This document shows positions 34,000 to 47,245 of a stretch of 64,000 bases of DNA, piece by piece; position 1 is the stretch's first letter, and each line of letters starts with the position of its first letter. The stretch lies in NCBI RefSeq assembly GCF_009914755.1, contig NC_060936.1; one strand, written 5' to 3'. Below the pieces are notes generated by a model, which was given only the letters and a program-made list of their open reading frames with translations, did not search any database and was not told the DNA's origin. A program made the position numbers and the translations under genes. Origin of the DNA: the human T2T-CHM13v2.0 reference genome, Homo sapiens.

Positions 34000-36551
34000 A
34001 GAAGGAAGCCTTCCCGCTTCTTTAATTGGTGTAACAGACATGACGTTGTATACAGAGCACACTCAGGCCCAATGATGCGGGGACAGCAGGGACGGATGGG
34101 GAGATGGGGACACTGCTCACACATGGCCCAGAGAAACAGACGGCACACGGACAGACCAGACGGGAGGGGCTGAGACGTGAAGGCTGTGATGGGGTGGGCA
34201 GTGGGACTCAGACCGAGCCAGGGAGGGGTGGGGGGTCTCTGCTGAATCCCTCTTTAGAAATCAAAGAGAAGGCAGGTGGTGGGGCGTGGGGGTGTGGTGG
34301 GAGTGGGACTAAGGCTTCTATTCTAACAGGCCTGGGGGGTGGCAGTCAGCAAGGCCTGCCTCACCCTTTGGTTATGACTGGTCAGGCCTGAGCCCTGCAG
34401 CTCAGCACCCAACTCTGTAAACATTTTTGGTATTTTTAAAGGACGCTGCCCTCCCTCTCTTAGTTTCAGAAAGACTGGTACTTCCTCAAGAGGAGAATGT
34501 GCCAAAAGGAATCTGAAGGGAGGTGGAAAGCAGACCTGGATACAGAAGAGACTTCCCATGGGGGGGCAGGCTGCCCACCTTGCCATCTATGGCTGAGGGC
34601 CGCTGGGAGAGCCCCAGGGGACTATTGCTGTTGTCCTTGGCATGGCTGGCGGCTGGGCAGGCAGGCGGGGAGTGAGGAGCCGTGGGGGAGCTGCCCCCCT
34701 GGGGAGAGGCTGAGCCCACTGCCCACAGGGCCTCCCGGCCTTTATTGCAGGAGGGCCCGAGACTCTTCCAGGTGCTTCTCTGGATGGCTGGTCTCCCAGG
34801 CAGCAGGCAAGACAGGATAAGGTGGGGCCAAGAGAGGAGGAGGCACTGGCCACAGGGCCCCTGACAGGGGCTGTGATTGTCGGGCCAAGCAACTTCCTGC
34901 TGGGAGCAGGGGGGTCAGATATTGCACTTTCACTGCAACAGTTACATGAAAACTTGGTCCATAAAATAATCGTTGCTTTATACATAATGCCTGAAACAAC
35001 AAAAAGCTACATCTTAAATATGAATAAACCCTGAAGGTTCCATCCCTCCAGACTTTTTTCTCTGCACAAAATAAATAGCTTTCACTCTGTATAGACCCAC
35101 TTTTGCAGAACATTTACACGACCCTTTGGCTGTACATATCTACACACGGGAAAAAGTTAACATCACTCTGTGCACCTCCCCAGCCCGGTCCATGCGTCCC
35201 AACACCAGACCCAGGTCGGCCGTAGCTTCTCGGGGACAGAGCCTGGTCGCTGGACAAAGGCCGAGGCCAGGCAGGCTCTCCCACTTCCGGGAAAGCCGAG
35301 GAGCAGCAGAGGGGCCGCCGGAGCTGGCCGTTGAGCGCCACAGCCAAGGTCACGCTTGGTGCTGGGGAGAGAGGGCAGACGGTCAGACCCAGCGTGCAGG
35401 ACAGCATGGTCCTTGTTCAGGCGAGAAATGAAGTCATGGCTGCCTGCCCTGAAGCTGACAAAGCAAGTTGTGGCTTCTTAGATTCGGCATGAAAACGGAA
35501 TTGGCATTAAAAAAACCGAAGTGTGTGCCCCACCCACCCCAGAGTAGAAATTCAGTGGGATTGCCGGGGCCAGGTGAGGCAAGGAGCCCATGCCTCGCTA
35601 AGTGGGCAGGAGCAGGGCCCACGGGACCCAGAACCAGGCTGGACTCCGTCACAGTGCTGGGTGTTTTCAGTGTGGAGGGGCTGCTCTCAGTACTGAAAGA
35701 GTTAAGAAAAGGAAGCAGCCAAGGATTGCTCGTTTAAAAAAACCTCATAGAAATCAGATTGAGAAGTAGAAAGGCGTAGAAACGTGGGCGGGCGGCCTTG
35801 ACTGATGGCAGGGAGCGGAAGAGGCGGCCAGGCCCGTCCAGCCCGTGGCCTGAGGCTGGAAACAACACTGGCCTGGGCTCCAGGCGGGGCAGGCAGACAG
35901 GTGGGCAGGGTCCGGGGTGCAGAAATTAAGATACAGCCTTTCTCTCCTGCTTGCACGAGGCTCTGCCGCACTGGAGCCTTCAGTGTGGTTGTAGGTCCTG
36001 GGTCAGCAGGTACTGAGTTTCATGCATGTCAACGGGGCTGTAGCCATAGGAGGTGGTAATGGGTCTCCGCTCTCAAAAATCAGTGCAAAACCAGTGAGGT
36101 TGAACAGTTGAGAAACTCGAGTTAACAAGATGCAGGCTGGACCCCTGTTGGAGCTGCTACCAAATGGGAGGGGACCTGGGAGTGAGGGTGGCCAGTGGAT
36201 GGGGAGGTGGCAGGCTGCGCCTGGGCCCACACCTGGCACCAGGACACTTGGAGATCCACACAGGGCAAAATGTCTGGGAGAACCTCCCGGGCCAGTCTGA
36301 GTGGGAGGTTCTGGTCCCTCTGCCATCCTGGGGCTGGTGGTCCCTGCCAGCTTCCATGACAAGCCGGACCCGTCAGGCCCGAGGACGTGAGGCAGGGCAG
36401 GGAGCACTGTGTGGTGCGGCCCGTGTCCTCCACAAGGCCCTGGGACAATCTCCCAGGCCCACGTCAGTGCGTGTGCCCAGGCCAGGCCTCCTGGCGGGGC
36501 TGGCCACCCTGGCCTAGCACCATGGAGACCCCGCGCTGCACTCACGGTGCC
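34000..36551 (-). other. PITPNM2: PITPNM2 3' UTR (~2.5 kb), distal PAS ATTAAA at 34021-34026, proximal AATAAA at 34741-34746
   Basis: Repeat-free region after the TAG stop, an AT-rich block at ~34900-35170, and minus-strand hexamers. End coordinate is approximate. Confidence 0.7.
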
Positions 36552-36875
36552 CTACTTGGGGCCTGCGGCTGCCCCCGGCTCCAGGCGGCCAGTCATGGCG
36601 CGGCCCCAGCAGCCGGCCGCCACACTCATGCTGCGCTGGCCCCGCTGCTCGCCATCCGCCTGGCTCTGTGTCCGCTCGTGCCGGTGGCTGGGCCCGCTGG
36701 GCTGGGCCGAGATGGTGCGAAGCAGGTGGTTCCGGGAGCGCAGAAAGTCGCCCTGGCCGGGCAGGCCGAAGCTGCCCTTGCGCAGCGCCATGCGGGTGGC
36801 CGTGTTGCGAGCGGGCCGCGCCCGGTGGCTGTACTTCAGCTGCGCCAGGTGGGCCGCGTAGCCATCCGTGATGAA
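36552..36875 (-). CDS. PITPNM2: PITPNM2 last coding exon
   Basis: cgcag|TTC ATC ACG GAT GGC TAC ... EPGAAAGPK TAG, 324 nt. Confidence 0.94.
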   Translation of the reverse strand, partial: FITDGYAAHLAQLKYSHRARPARNTATRMALRKGSFGLPGQGDFLRSRNHLLRTISAQPSGPSHRHERTQSQADGEQRGQRSMSVAAGCWGRAMTGRLEPGAAAGPK

Positions 36876-36960
36876 CTGCGGGGTCAGTGAGGACGGCTGT
36901 CACAGGCTGGGGCTCCCCGAGCTGCCCGCCTGCACCCGCCCCCACAATGCGCCCACTCAC

Positions 36961-37089
36961 CTGGCACTGCTGCTGCAGCTTCTTGGTGGGCCGGCCCACG
37001 ATGTAGATCTGCATGGGGGACAGGCTAATGGCGCTGTACACCGCCACGTCCTTGGTGGAGCCATAGGCCGCATGCACGCGCAGGTGCAG
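36961..37089 (-). CDS. PITPNM2: PITPNM2 exon (LNS2)
   Basis: LHLRVHAAYGSTKDVAVY...QQCQ, GT-AG, 129 nt. Confidence 0.94.
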
Positions 37090-37170
37090 CTGTGGGGAGA
37101 CTGGCATGGGCACAGGCACCATGGTCCCTCTGCCCCCACCCCTGCCCTGCCCCATCCTCCCGGGCCCCAC

Positions 37171-37354
37171 CTCGGAGATGAGCAGCTTCAGGAAGTTGGC
37201 CTTGTGCCGCAGCGGGTCATGCACCAGGCCGTCACAGAAGGACACCACGCCATGGGGGAAGTTGTGCTGGGCCAGCCACGCCACCACCCGCTGCTTCTGC
37301 ATGTCGGGCCGGCCCGTCACGTAGATGATGAGGTAGCCCAGGTCCTGCCAGTGC
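37171..37354 (-). CDS. PITPNM2: PITPNM2 exon (LNS2)
   Basis: HWQDLGYLIIYVTGRPDMQKQRVV...LLISE, 184 nt. Confidence 0.94.
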
Positions 37355-37805
37355 CTGGGGGTGAGGTGTCGTCTCATGGCCACCCCTTCCTCCCTCCTGG
37401 GCCTCCCTGTCTCCTGCCCAGCCAGGGCCCACTTGGGCCATTGGAAAGCACATCTCTGATTGAGCTCAGACAGTAACGACGACAATGGTTGACAATGACG
37501 TGCTGCAGCAGGCCCTTGGGTGCCCGCACTGGGCGGCAGATGCCCCTGCTGCTGTGTCCCTGGCTTACCAGCCTCACCTTCCAGATGCGGGAATTGAAAG
37601 CCGACATTGAGAAGTGACATCGCTTGCCCAAGGTGACACGGCTAATAATTGGGGGTGCTGGGCTCTGAACTGAGGTCCTTAAGGCCCAGTGCCCGAGCCA
37701 GGCGTCCCCCACAGAGGCTCCGCTGTCCTCCTCCACCTGGCTGGTGGGAGCCCCTGAGCCCACCCACCTTGCTACAGCCCCTTTGTGCCCCTCTGGGCCA
37801 CTCAC

Positions 37806-37955
37806 CGCACCACGTCCACGGCCCCGGCCCGCACCTTGGGGTCGCTGCCCATGATGGACACGCTAGCGGCAAAGGAACCGTCGATGCTGAAGACCACGAA
37901 CTCTGTGCCCTTGGGCAGCACGGTGATGTAGCTGTCGGCAAACGTGTGGTCTCCC
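37806..37955 (-). CDS. PITPNM2: PITPNM2 exon (LNS2, FSIDGS motif)
   Basis: GDHTFADSYITVLPKGTEFVVFSIDGSFAASVSIMGSDPKVRAGAVDVV, 150 nt. Confidence 0.94.
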
Positions 37956-38035
37956 CTGGCAGGTGGTGGGGGTGCTCATCAGAACCACCCAGAGCCTCGC
38001 CCTGCCTATCCCGCCCTCCCAGTGCAGGCATATAC

Positions 38036-38184
38036 CTGACCACCATCTTGATAGGGTAGACACCCACGCCCAGGCGGTGCGACTCAGGGATGGTGTAGGA
38101 GACACGCCCACTGTTGTTGGTCACCAGCGTATCCAGGTAGAGCCACTCGCCTGAGGGCGGCTGGGTCATGATGTGCACATCCAC
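38036..38184 (-). CDS. PITPNM2: PITPNM2 exon
   Basis: VDVHIMTQPPSGEWLYLDTLVT...IKMVVR, 149 nt. Confidence 0.93.
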
Positions 38185-38309
38185 CTGGGCCCAGCAGGCT
38201 GGTCACGGGCTGGCTGTGTCTGGCCTCTCCACCCCCTGCACCCCGGCCAGAGGGCAGCAGGGAGCTCCCCAAAGTCCCTCCATGTTACCCCTACCCGCCG
38301 TGTCCTTAC

Positions 38310-38426
38310 CTTCTCCCCAGTCAGGGTGACCATGTCCAGGGGCCCATACATGAACCTGCCCGTCAGAACCTGGGGGCCGTCCTCATTGGCAAGGGCATCA
38401 TTGATCCGGTGGTTGGCCGTCACGTT
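38310..38426 (-). CDS. PITPNM2: PITPNM2 exon
   Basis: NVTANHRINDALANEDGPQVLTGRFMYGPLDMVTLTGEK, 117 nt. Confidence 0.94.
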
Positions 38427-38758
38427 CTGTGGAGGGAGTGGCAAGCCCAGGTCAGGGGGTCGGAGGGCACCCCGGGTCCCTGTGTTCTGCTCAAGCTCTG
38501 TGGGCCTGAGGGGCAGGCTTGAGCTGTGAGCTGCGCAGCCCATGTCTGAGTCTGGATCAGACACGATGACGTGGCTTTGGAGAAACTAGGAAGCCTTGCT
38601 GCCTTCCCTGTCTGTGAAGTGGGCTGACAGCTCCAACCTCATGGCCTGGGAAGGTACATAAGACTGCAGGCTTCCCTGCAACTCAGTTTCCTCATCTGGA
38701 CACGGAGGCTGGTGACAGGGTGACATCGTGGGGGCCTGGGCGCCCGGGGGACCCTCAC

Positions 38759-38875
38759 CCGCAGCTTCACGTGGGTCCGCTTGCGCTGCCACTTCTCCCT
38801 TGGCTTTGAGGGGGTGAACACCGACACTTCCTTGCCATCCAGCTCCAAGATGCTGGAGTTGTCATGCCTCATGAC
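38759..38875 (-). CDS. PITPNM2: PITPNM2 exon
   Basis: VMRHDNSSILELDGKEVSVFTPSKPREKWQRKRTHVKLR, 117 nt. Confidence 0.94.
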
Positions 38876-39248
38876 CTGGGAAGAGGGGACAGTGCAGGCT
38901 GTGGGGCAGATGCCACCCGGGGGCTTCCTGCCCTGGGAGGAGGAGGCCCAGTACCCGGGAGCAAGAGGAGCCTGTGGGTTGTAGGGGGTGTTCTTCAACT
39001 CACTACTGTCTGCCCAGTAGCCCTCAGACCCCTGTTCGTTCACCTGACGAATGTGCAGATATGTTCCCTCCATCCCAATGTCCTGAAAAGCCTGAATACA
39101 CCCGAGCATAAAGGTGCCCTCATCTTGCTTGCTCTGTGATCTGATGGGGTTGGAGAGGAGTCCCCACTGTCCCCTCGTCTGTGAAATGTGGCCCTGTCAT
39201 GGGTGTTGTCACTCAGGGCCCTCCTGGGAGGTCCCAGGCCCCGGGTAC

Positions 39249-39397
39249 CTGTCTCAGCAGAAAGGAGACCACGTCTGTTGACTCCCAGTAGCTGGCGTGG
39301 AAGAGGTGAGGCAGAGCCACCGTGGGGAAGGCCGTGAGGGCGTCAGGGCAGTACAGGGCGTAGTCGATCCGCTTCTGGCCCCACCACTTTGCAGCGA
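39249..39397 (-). CDS. PITPNM2: PITPNM2 exon (end of DDHD domain)
   Basis: [49 protein letters not shown], 149 nt. Confidence 0.94.
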
Positions 39398-40311
39398 CTG
39401 CCAGGAGGGGCCGTGACTGGGCTGGGGCTGTATAGCCCCAGACAGGGACCCCGAAGGGTCACCCGGCCCCTCTGGCCTGCTCAGCCCAGCACAGTCCCCC
39501 CACCAGCTATAGCCAAAAGTGAGTCTTCTCCCAGGCTGGGTGAGTGAGGCAAGCGGGAGGGAGCGCAGGCAAAAGCACGCAGACCCAGGACAGTGGTGAG
39601 TGCCAGCCCTGCTGAGGGGCTCCTGCGGTTGCGTGGGAGGACCAGTCGCCATCTGTGGGATGGTACCAGCTGTCTGTGGTCCCTTCCTGACTCTGGTGAC
39701 CCTCTGCCCCGTGGCAACCCCATCTCTGCCCTCTCTGGGCCATTCCTGTTCTCCTATCTTCCCCCAGGCCTCAAGGCTGGGAAAGGCGGCACAGAGATGG
39801 GGTTACAATTCCTGATCCCCAGGGCAAGGGTGCTGCCCTTCTCGCACCTGGGCCACCCTACGAGCCCTGAGACACAGCAGTGTGGGCGGGGAAGCCTGGG
39901 CCTCCAGATGGATGGTCCTGGGTGCATCTGGCTCTGCCACTAGGGGCTGGGCGAGGACAACCTTCCTGAACAAGACAAGCTTGTAAAGTGCCCCCTGGGC
40001 TGTCCGCAGGAGAGGCCCAGCAGCAGGGCCTGGTTTACAGGTCCAGGCTTCCCTAGGTTCTGCCCACAGCTTTCCCCGGAGCTTCCTTGGTCCTCATCTG
40101 GCCTCACTCCAGCTCCGTGGGGTCCCTGGTCCCCCACCCCACCAGACAATGCCACCAGCTCCCACCTCCTCCCTAGATGGCCAAGTCCTCCCAGCCCAGC
40201 CCCCAGCTCCCTGTTAGGCCGAAGCGGGGGTCTAGGTGGGCAGAGCCTGGCAGTGAGGGGTGCTCAGCAGCAGAGTGACCCCCAGTGAGGGGAAAGTGTG
40301 TGGGGTGGTAC

Positions 40312-40473
40312 CTTCTCCAATGTCCAGCTCAGGGAGGCCAGGGGCCCTCTCCAGGCCAGGGCTTGCCTTCCTGGCTGGAGGGTGGGGGCCAGGGGTGGTG
40401 GGGCTGGGGGCGGGCAGGGCGAGCAGGGACAGACGCCTGACGCTGGGGGTATGGCTGAGCGCATCGGGGGCCT
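40312..40473 (-). CDS. PITPNM2: PITPNM2 phase-1/1 cassette-type exon, 162 nt, Pro-rich
   Basis: ctcag|AGGCCCCC...GAAG|gtacca. APDALSHTPSVRRLSLLALPAPSPTT...LDIGE. Confidence 0.85.
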
Positions 40474-41069
40474 CTGAGAAGCAAGAGCAATGGATGGCTC
40501 AGCCACGCGGGGATGACCGCACTGCCACGTCTACCAGGGGCCAGGCAGGACACTGGGACAGTGCCAGGCCTGGAGCTATCAAGGGCGAGCCCATTGGCCC
40601 TCCTCACGGATGAACACAACTGCCAGCAACCCCCACCCCAGCCTCAGCTCCTGCATGGCCACCCTGACCACAGCTGCGAGAATCCCTGGCCCAGCACGGG
40701 GCGCAGCCCCTGGCGGGGACTGAGAAGGGAACCCGGGCTGTGCTTCAAGCACCAAGAGGCTTCATGCAGGAGCTAAGCATGAGGAAGGCGGGGCCCTTAC
40801 TAATGCGCCTTCTTCCAGAATCCTCCTGAGAAGGCGAAGCTTCTCAGCCTAGACACTGCAGAGTCTTTGGACTTGACCGGTCTCTGCTGTGGGGCTGGCC
40901 CGGGCACTGCAGGTGCCCAGCAGCCTCCCTCCCTCTACCCACCAGGTGCCAGCAGCAGCCCTCCCTAGCTTCATCAGCTAGAAATGCTCCTAGACATGGC
41001 CAGCAGCTGTCCCCTGTGGGCACAATGGCCCTGGCTGAGTGAGGAGGGTGAGGGGCCTGGTATACTCAC

Positions 41070-41234
41070 TCTGGGCGATGCTGGATGCCGTGTAGCTCTC
41101 AGCCATGCCTGACACCTGGCTGGCGATGCTGATCTCACTGGCTCGGCGGAAGCCACGACTGGCAGGGGCAGTGCCCGGCGAGGAGGGGGCGCCATGCTCT
41201 TGGAAGGCTGCATTGTGGGTCTGGAGCACATCCG
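41070..41234 (-). CDS. PITPNM2: PITPNM2 exon
   Basis: DVLQTHNAAFQEHG...RRASEISIASQVSGMAESYTASSIAQ, 165 nt. Confidence 0.92.
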
Positions 41235-42279
41235 CTGCAGGTGGACAGGGACCAGAGGCCAGGTAAGAGAGGCCCTGCCCAGCCCCGGAGCAGTGGGGAA
41301 GCCAGTGTGCCAGGGTCCAGTGTGCACCTAGACTGGAGGCTGGGCAGCAGCTGTGCCAGAGCCACCTGCTCAGGGCCGTGAGAGGAAGGGGCCCAGAGCT
41401 TTAGCAGGTGAGGAGGAGGGCTGGGGCAGGGTGGACTGACGAATGGACACAGACACAGGGCAGGGAGGCGTGGCAGCTGGGCTCAACCTCAGTCACCCTC
41501 CTGCCCCACACACACCCCTCAGCTTGTCTCCAGCACCCCAGTGGCTCCAGGGCCTCCAGAGCTCACCCTGGCCTGACCTGACCCACAGCCCACAGCAGAA
41601 GCAGCGGCTCCACCCAGGTTTGCAGGGCGCTGACAACAGGTGCCATGGGTGGCTTCCTGGGGATGCCCTGCACATGCAGAGCACAGAGAGAGGCAAGCCC
41701 TGAGCATCCCTCACACAGGCCACAGCCAGCAGCCCCTGATGGGCGTTTGGGGACAAAGGCAGGTGCTGGGGGCTCAAGCCAGGCTCACCCAGGCGCAGGC
41801 TGAAGACAGGACAGAACAGGGAGGATGGGGCTCAGCCAGACAAGCCACACCTGGACGGGGTACAGGAGGTGCCTGGGTGACCTCAGAAAGCGAAGGAGTG
41901 GGCCTTGGGGAATCCAACCCCTCGCTGGGACCAGAAGCTTCCCCAGGTGAGGGGTGGGCCCGGCTGGCTCAAGGCCTCAGTCTGCTTCTGGCAGAGCCCT
42001 GGAACTGTCGCTGACTTGCTGTGTGGCCCTGAGACGGCCTCTGCTGTCTCTGAGCTGCTGCGCCCCTTTGCTTTGGCTCTGCCCTGCCTCTGGCCCACAA
42101 TATGCAGGGAGGAAGCACCGACATCAGCTCCCCAGAGCCGTCCTGCCCAAGTCTCTGTTCCTCACCACCCAGGTCCCACGAACTGTGAGTGGCCAAGGAG
42201 GGCATGGATTGGGGGGTGTCCCTGAGGACCAGGTCAACCAACGAAGCAGACGTCACCACGAGCAGGGGAGGGTACACAC

Positions 42280-42423
42280 ACTCGGCACAGCCCGGGCGGG
42301 GCCCGTCTTGCCAGGTGGGCGCGGGAACAGGCATACTGGTTTCCAGGAAGCCGTCCCCGTGGGGGAGAGGGGCCAGGGGGCCGCCCTCCAGGACCAGCTC
42401 AGGGTTTCTCTGCACGGTCTCGA
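42280..42423 (-). CDS. PITPNM2: PITPNM2 phase-1/1 cassette-type exon, 144 nt
   Basis: Polypyrimidine tract then ccag|TCGAGACC, donor T|gtgtgt. ETVQRNPELVLEGGPLAPLPHGDGFLETSMPVPAPTWQDGPRPGCAE. Confidence 0.75.
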
Positions 42424-43023
42424 CTGGAGGCAGACGGGGAGAGAACAGAGGACAAGAACAGACACTTGCATGGGCCATCCAGACACGCTCTGACACAGAG
42501 ACTCAGGGCTCCTCGAGGACCAGGACGTGACAAGACGCTGGGACACACGCTGGGGCAGGGGTCGGGCCAAGCCTACCTGGACCTCCCCTGCCCCAACGCA
42601 TCTCCTGCACCCTATCTCGGGGCCAGCCGCCTGCCATGATGGGACCCAGCCGACCCAGGCCCCCTACTAAGTGAGGGTCCCTGCTGGGTCCTTAGCTCTG
42701 TCTCTGTTGGGATGGAGGCTCAGCTGTGGAGAGGGGAGTCTGGTCTTGTTCTGCCCTTTCCCTGCTCCGGGGACCCTGGAACAAGGCCCTGACCTGTGTC
42801 CTCTGAAAGGTGGGAACTATCATTTGTGCCTCACAGGGATCAGTGCGGAGGGATGCACCACCCCCACCCCCCACCCCCAACAGCTGTCCACCTCCAAGAG
42901 GCATTCAGCACAAGCTGTCCCTCTCACCTGGGGAAGAACCACGTAGCATGGAGGACCTAGGAGCCAGGGAGCCACGCTTACCCCACCTTCCCCCAGAGGA
43001 GTGGGGCGGAATGTGCCTCTCAC

Positions 43024-43194
43024 CCAGCAGCGTGGAGCAGCCATCCCCCAGCGGGTAGCGTTGGTAGCGGGGGACGCTGAAAGGCGGCAGGGCGTGAAAG
43101 CGCCGTTCCAGCAGCGGCTCCAGGCGTGAAGCTGACGGGTCCGCGGGGTGGAAGAGGTTGTAGACTTGCTGGCAGGCCGGCCGCAGCTGGAAAA
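43024..43194 (-). CDS. PITPNM2: PITPNM2 exon (DDHD)
   Basis: [28 protein letters not shown]...GDGCSTLL, 171 nt. Confidence 0.94.
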
Positions 43195-43354
43195 CTGGGG
43201 GTGGGGGTGTTGGCTGCAGAGCTGGGGCTGGCCCTGAGGAGCAGTGGTGGGGGTGGGAAATTTGGGAACTGGGCACTGGGTTGTCTGCTGAAAGTTAGGG
43301 ATAAGATGGGGGGTGTGTCTCTATCAATTTGGGACCTGTTTGGGTCATTGTCAC

Positions 43355-44698
<1,344 letters not shown>

Positions 44699-45325
44699 GC
44701 TCTGCATTTTTAACCTGCACTTGGCAAGCATCTAAACCTCTCTGAGCCTCAGTTTCCCCCTCTGTCATCTGGGAGTGTAACATGTGTTGCTACTCTCAGG
44801 ATTGTGTGGCTCCTGGAGCTTTGCAGGCTGATCCCAGGGCACAGGGCAGGGACTGCTGCTCCAATGACGCCCAGCCGCTGGCCTGCCTGCCCTGGGTAGA
44901 CAGAGACGCACAGCTGTGGCCCCTCCAGGGCTGGGAGCCCACTATACCCAGGAGGCTTTGGGGATGCCTGGCCTCTGCATCTCTCCCTATGGGAGGACCT
45001 TGGACCTGGGAGGCTGGGTCTGTCTCCATCTGACTCTGGGGTGGTGCCTTCTCTCCCTGGACCTCAGCTTGCCCATCTAGGGGTTGACCCTCAGCATCCA
45101 CAGGCACCCCGGAGATGAAATGAAACAGCAGGTGTCACGGACGGCCAGTGACTGAGCTGCTGAAGCAGGAGCAGAGGATAGCAAGGGGCCCTTGGTGGGG
45201 AAGACAGGAAGGAGGGCAGAAACAGGCCTGGGACGTGGCCATGATCTCATCACAGGGGTCCACTGAGACCCCCGCCCCCGCACCCAGTGCATGTACCCCC
45301 CATCCTGCCCCTGCTGGGCTCTCAC

Positions 45326-45504
45326 CATCCAGGGCTGGGATGACAGTCTTCCTCAAGGCCAGGACCAGCCCCAGCGGGCACCCGAAGAGGAAGAGGTCGG
45401 TGATCTCAAAGTCAAACCTGCCCAGGGCACCTGTGCCATCCAGCATGGTGGAGCTGCTGGAATGGCGTGAGCAGGGCTCAGTCCTCAGCACGCTGGCATG
45501 GAGG
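45326..45504 (-). CDS. PITPNM2: PITPNM2 exon
   Basis: [11 protein letters not shown]...[30 protein letters not shown], 179 nt. Confidence 0.94.
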
Positions 45505-45913
45505 CTGCAGACCCAAATAAGACTTAGCTGTCATGTGGGTGCAGCTGCCATCATCTGCCACGACACTGCTGGTGGCAGCAGGTCCCAACCTCTCTCGGGG
45601 GCCCACTGGCTTCAGGACAGCCCTGAGCTGGACCACCTGCCCCTGGTCCATTCTGCCCCCAACTCTGCCATTCCCCACCCTCACCCTCAAGACAAGTTGC
45701 TCCCTCAGGCCCAAGATGGCCCTTGGTGTATATGAGACAAGGCATCCAGTAAGCCACTTTCTCCTGGGCCCAGACTGGGATTCCAGGTCTCAGGCTGGGG
45801 GAACCTCAGGCAGACAGCCCGGGTCTCCTGTTGGCCATCACAGGGGATGTTCCTCCCTCTTGGAGCCTCTTCCCACACCCAGAGGCAAGCCCCAGCCCCC
45901 CAGCCCTGCCCAC

Positions 45914-46185
45914 CTGGACAGGAAGGCCTGGTGCTGCTGGATGGTATCCAGCTCGTAGGTGGATGAGTCGCTCCTCTTGCGGGGCAGTTGCCTTTTGGGG
46001 TCCTCAGTGCCGTTGCTGCGGGGGATGTCGACGTTGCTTCGGCTCAGGTGCCGACTGCTCTCCAGGCTGGAGCCACCACTACTGCCACCACCACCACTGC
46101 TGCCACCACCGCCACCGCCGCCACCGCCACCACCGCAGCAGTGTGCTGCATTCATCAGGATGCCCGGGGACAGCAGGTCATTGTC
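45914..46185 (-). CDS. PITPNM2: PITPNM2 exon with a poly-Gly tract
   Basis: DNDLLSPGILMNAAHCC(G)11SSGGGGSSGG...QAFLS, 272 nt. Confidence 0.92.
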
Positions 46186-46982
46186 CTGGAACGGCCCCGT
46201 GGAGGCTCACTGCCAGGTGGCCGCTGGCCTGACCCCTTCTCCAGTGTCCTGGAAGCTGCCTCCTCCCTCCTAACCCCAGGCCAAGCGGCCACTGTCCAGC
46301 CGGCCTCTTGCCAAACCAGAGGGGAGGGCCCCATTCCCTTCTGTCCTCCCACCCACCAGCCACCCTGGACCTCATTGGTCTACAGGCCGTTTTCCACTAT
46401 GCAGCAGAGGCAGGGAAGCAGAGAGGGGTCGCCCATCCCACCTCCTAGGAACCAGACCCCACTGCCCGCAGTGCAGACCCTGGTTCAGGCTCATGAAACC
46501 ACACGCATTCCTAGGCTTGGCCACATAGCAGCTGCTCCCCTGCCCCCATGTACCTGCCCTGCCGCCTCTGGGCACCTATGCTGCCAACCTTTGCCCTTCC
46601 CATCCTTTTTTGGAAGGGTGAGGGGAAAGAGATTGTGAGAAAAACTGCTACAGCTCTTTCAGGGCCCAGGCACTTTCCTTGACTCTTTGGCCAGAATGTG
46701 CTGGGCTTCCTCAGCTCCCCTGCACCCCCAACCCCTCCACAGCCCCTGTCCTGGAGGTGAGCTCTGGCAGCAGGGTTGGGGGTCAGGGGCTTGGAAAATG
46801 TTTGTTGAATGAACAGAGCTTAACTGGGTAGAGTCCAAGCCAGATGGACTCAGGAAGTGCTGCCAGCATTCTGCTTGGTGGACACAGCCTGGGGCCAGGT
46901 GCAGGAACAGGCAGGGCAGCCACCCTGGGGGCGTGCAGGAGGCTTCAGGCCTTGGGGACTGTCTGGGCCCCCACTTGGGTAC

Positions 46983-47102
46983 CTGCATGCTGACCACGCT
47001 GCCCCGGCGGCTGCTGCTCTGACTCTCAGACACCGGCTGGTTACTGTAGCACAGGGCATCAAATGCCAGGATGCCCCCGACGCAGTCCCCAATCAGGCAG
47101 AC
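46983..47102 (-). CDS. PITPNM2: PITPNM2 exon
   Basis: VCLIGDCVGGILAFDALC...SVVSMQ. Acceptor is the less common aag. 120 nt. Confidence 0.93.
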
Positions 47103-47245
47103 CTTGGGAGAGAGGGGCCAGAGGCCTGAGCCATTCACCCGCTCGCTGGACTATAGGCTGGGGAGGCCGTCACCTTCCCCCTGAGGCCAGCCCGCCCTAC
47201 AGGGTCTTCCATCCTCCTCCCCTCCCCAACTTCCCCGGGACTCAC

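Noticed and set aside
34924-34930. GCACTTT miR-17 seed match
   Set aside because: It is on the plus strand, antisense to the PITPNM2 3' UTR.
36514-37620. 368-aa minus-strand ORF
   Set aside because: It is two real PITPNM2 exons joined through stop-free short introns, then out of frame in the last exon.
39946-39958. CTCF-like CCACTAGGGGCT (similar motifs at ~55829 and ~62745)
   Set aside because: These are partial matches expected by chance in GC-rich DNA and cannot be supported without ChIP data.
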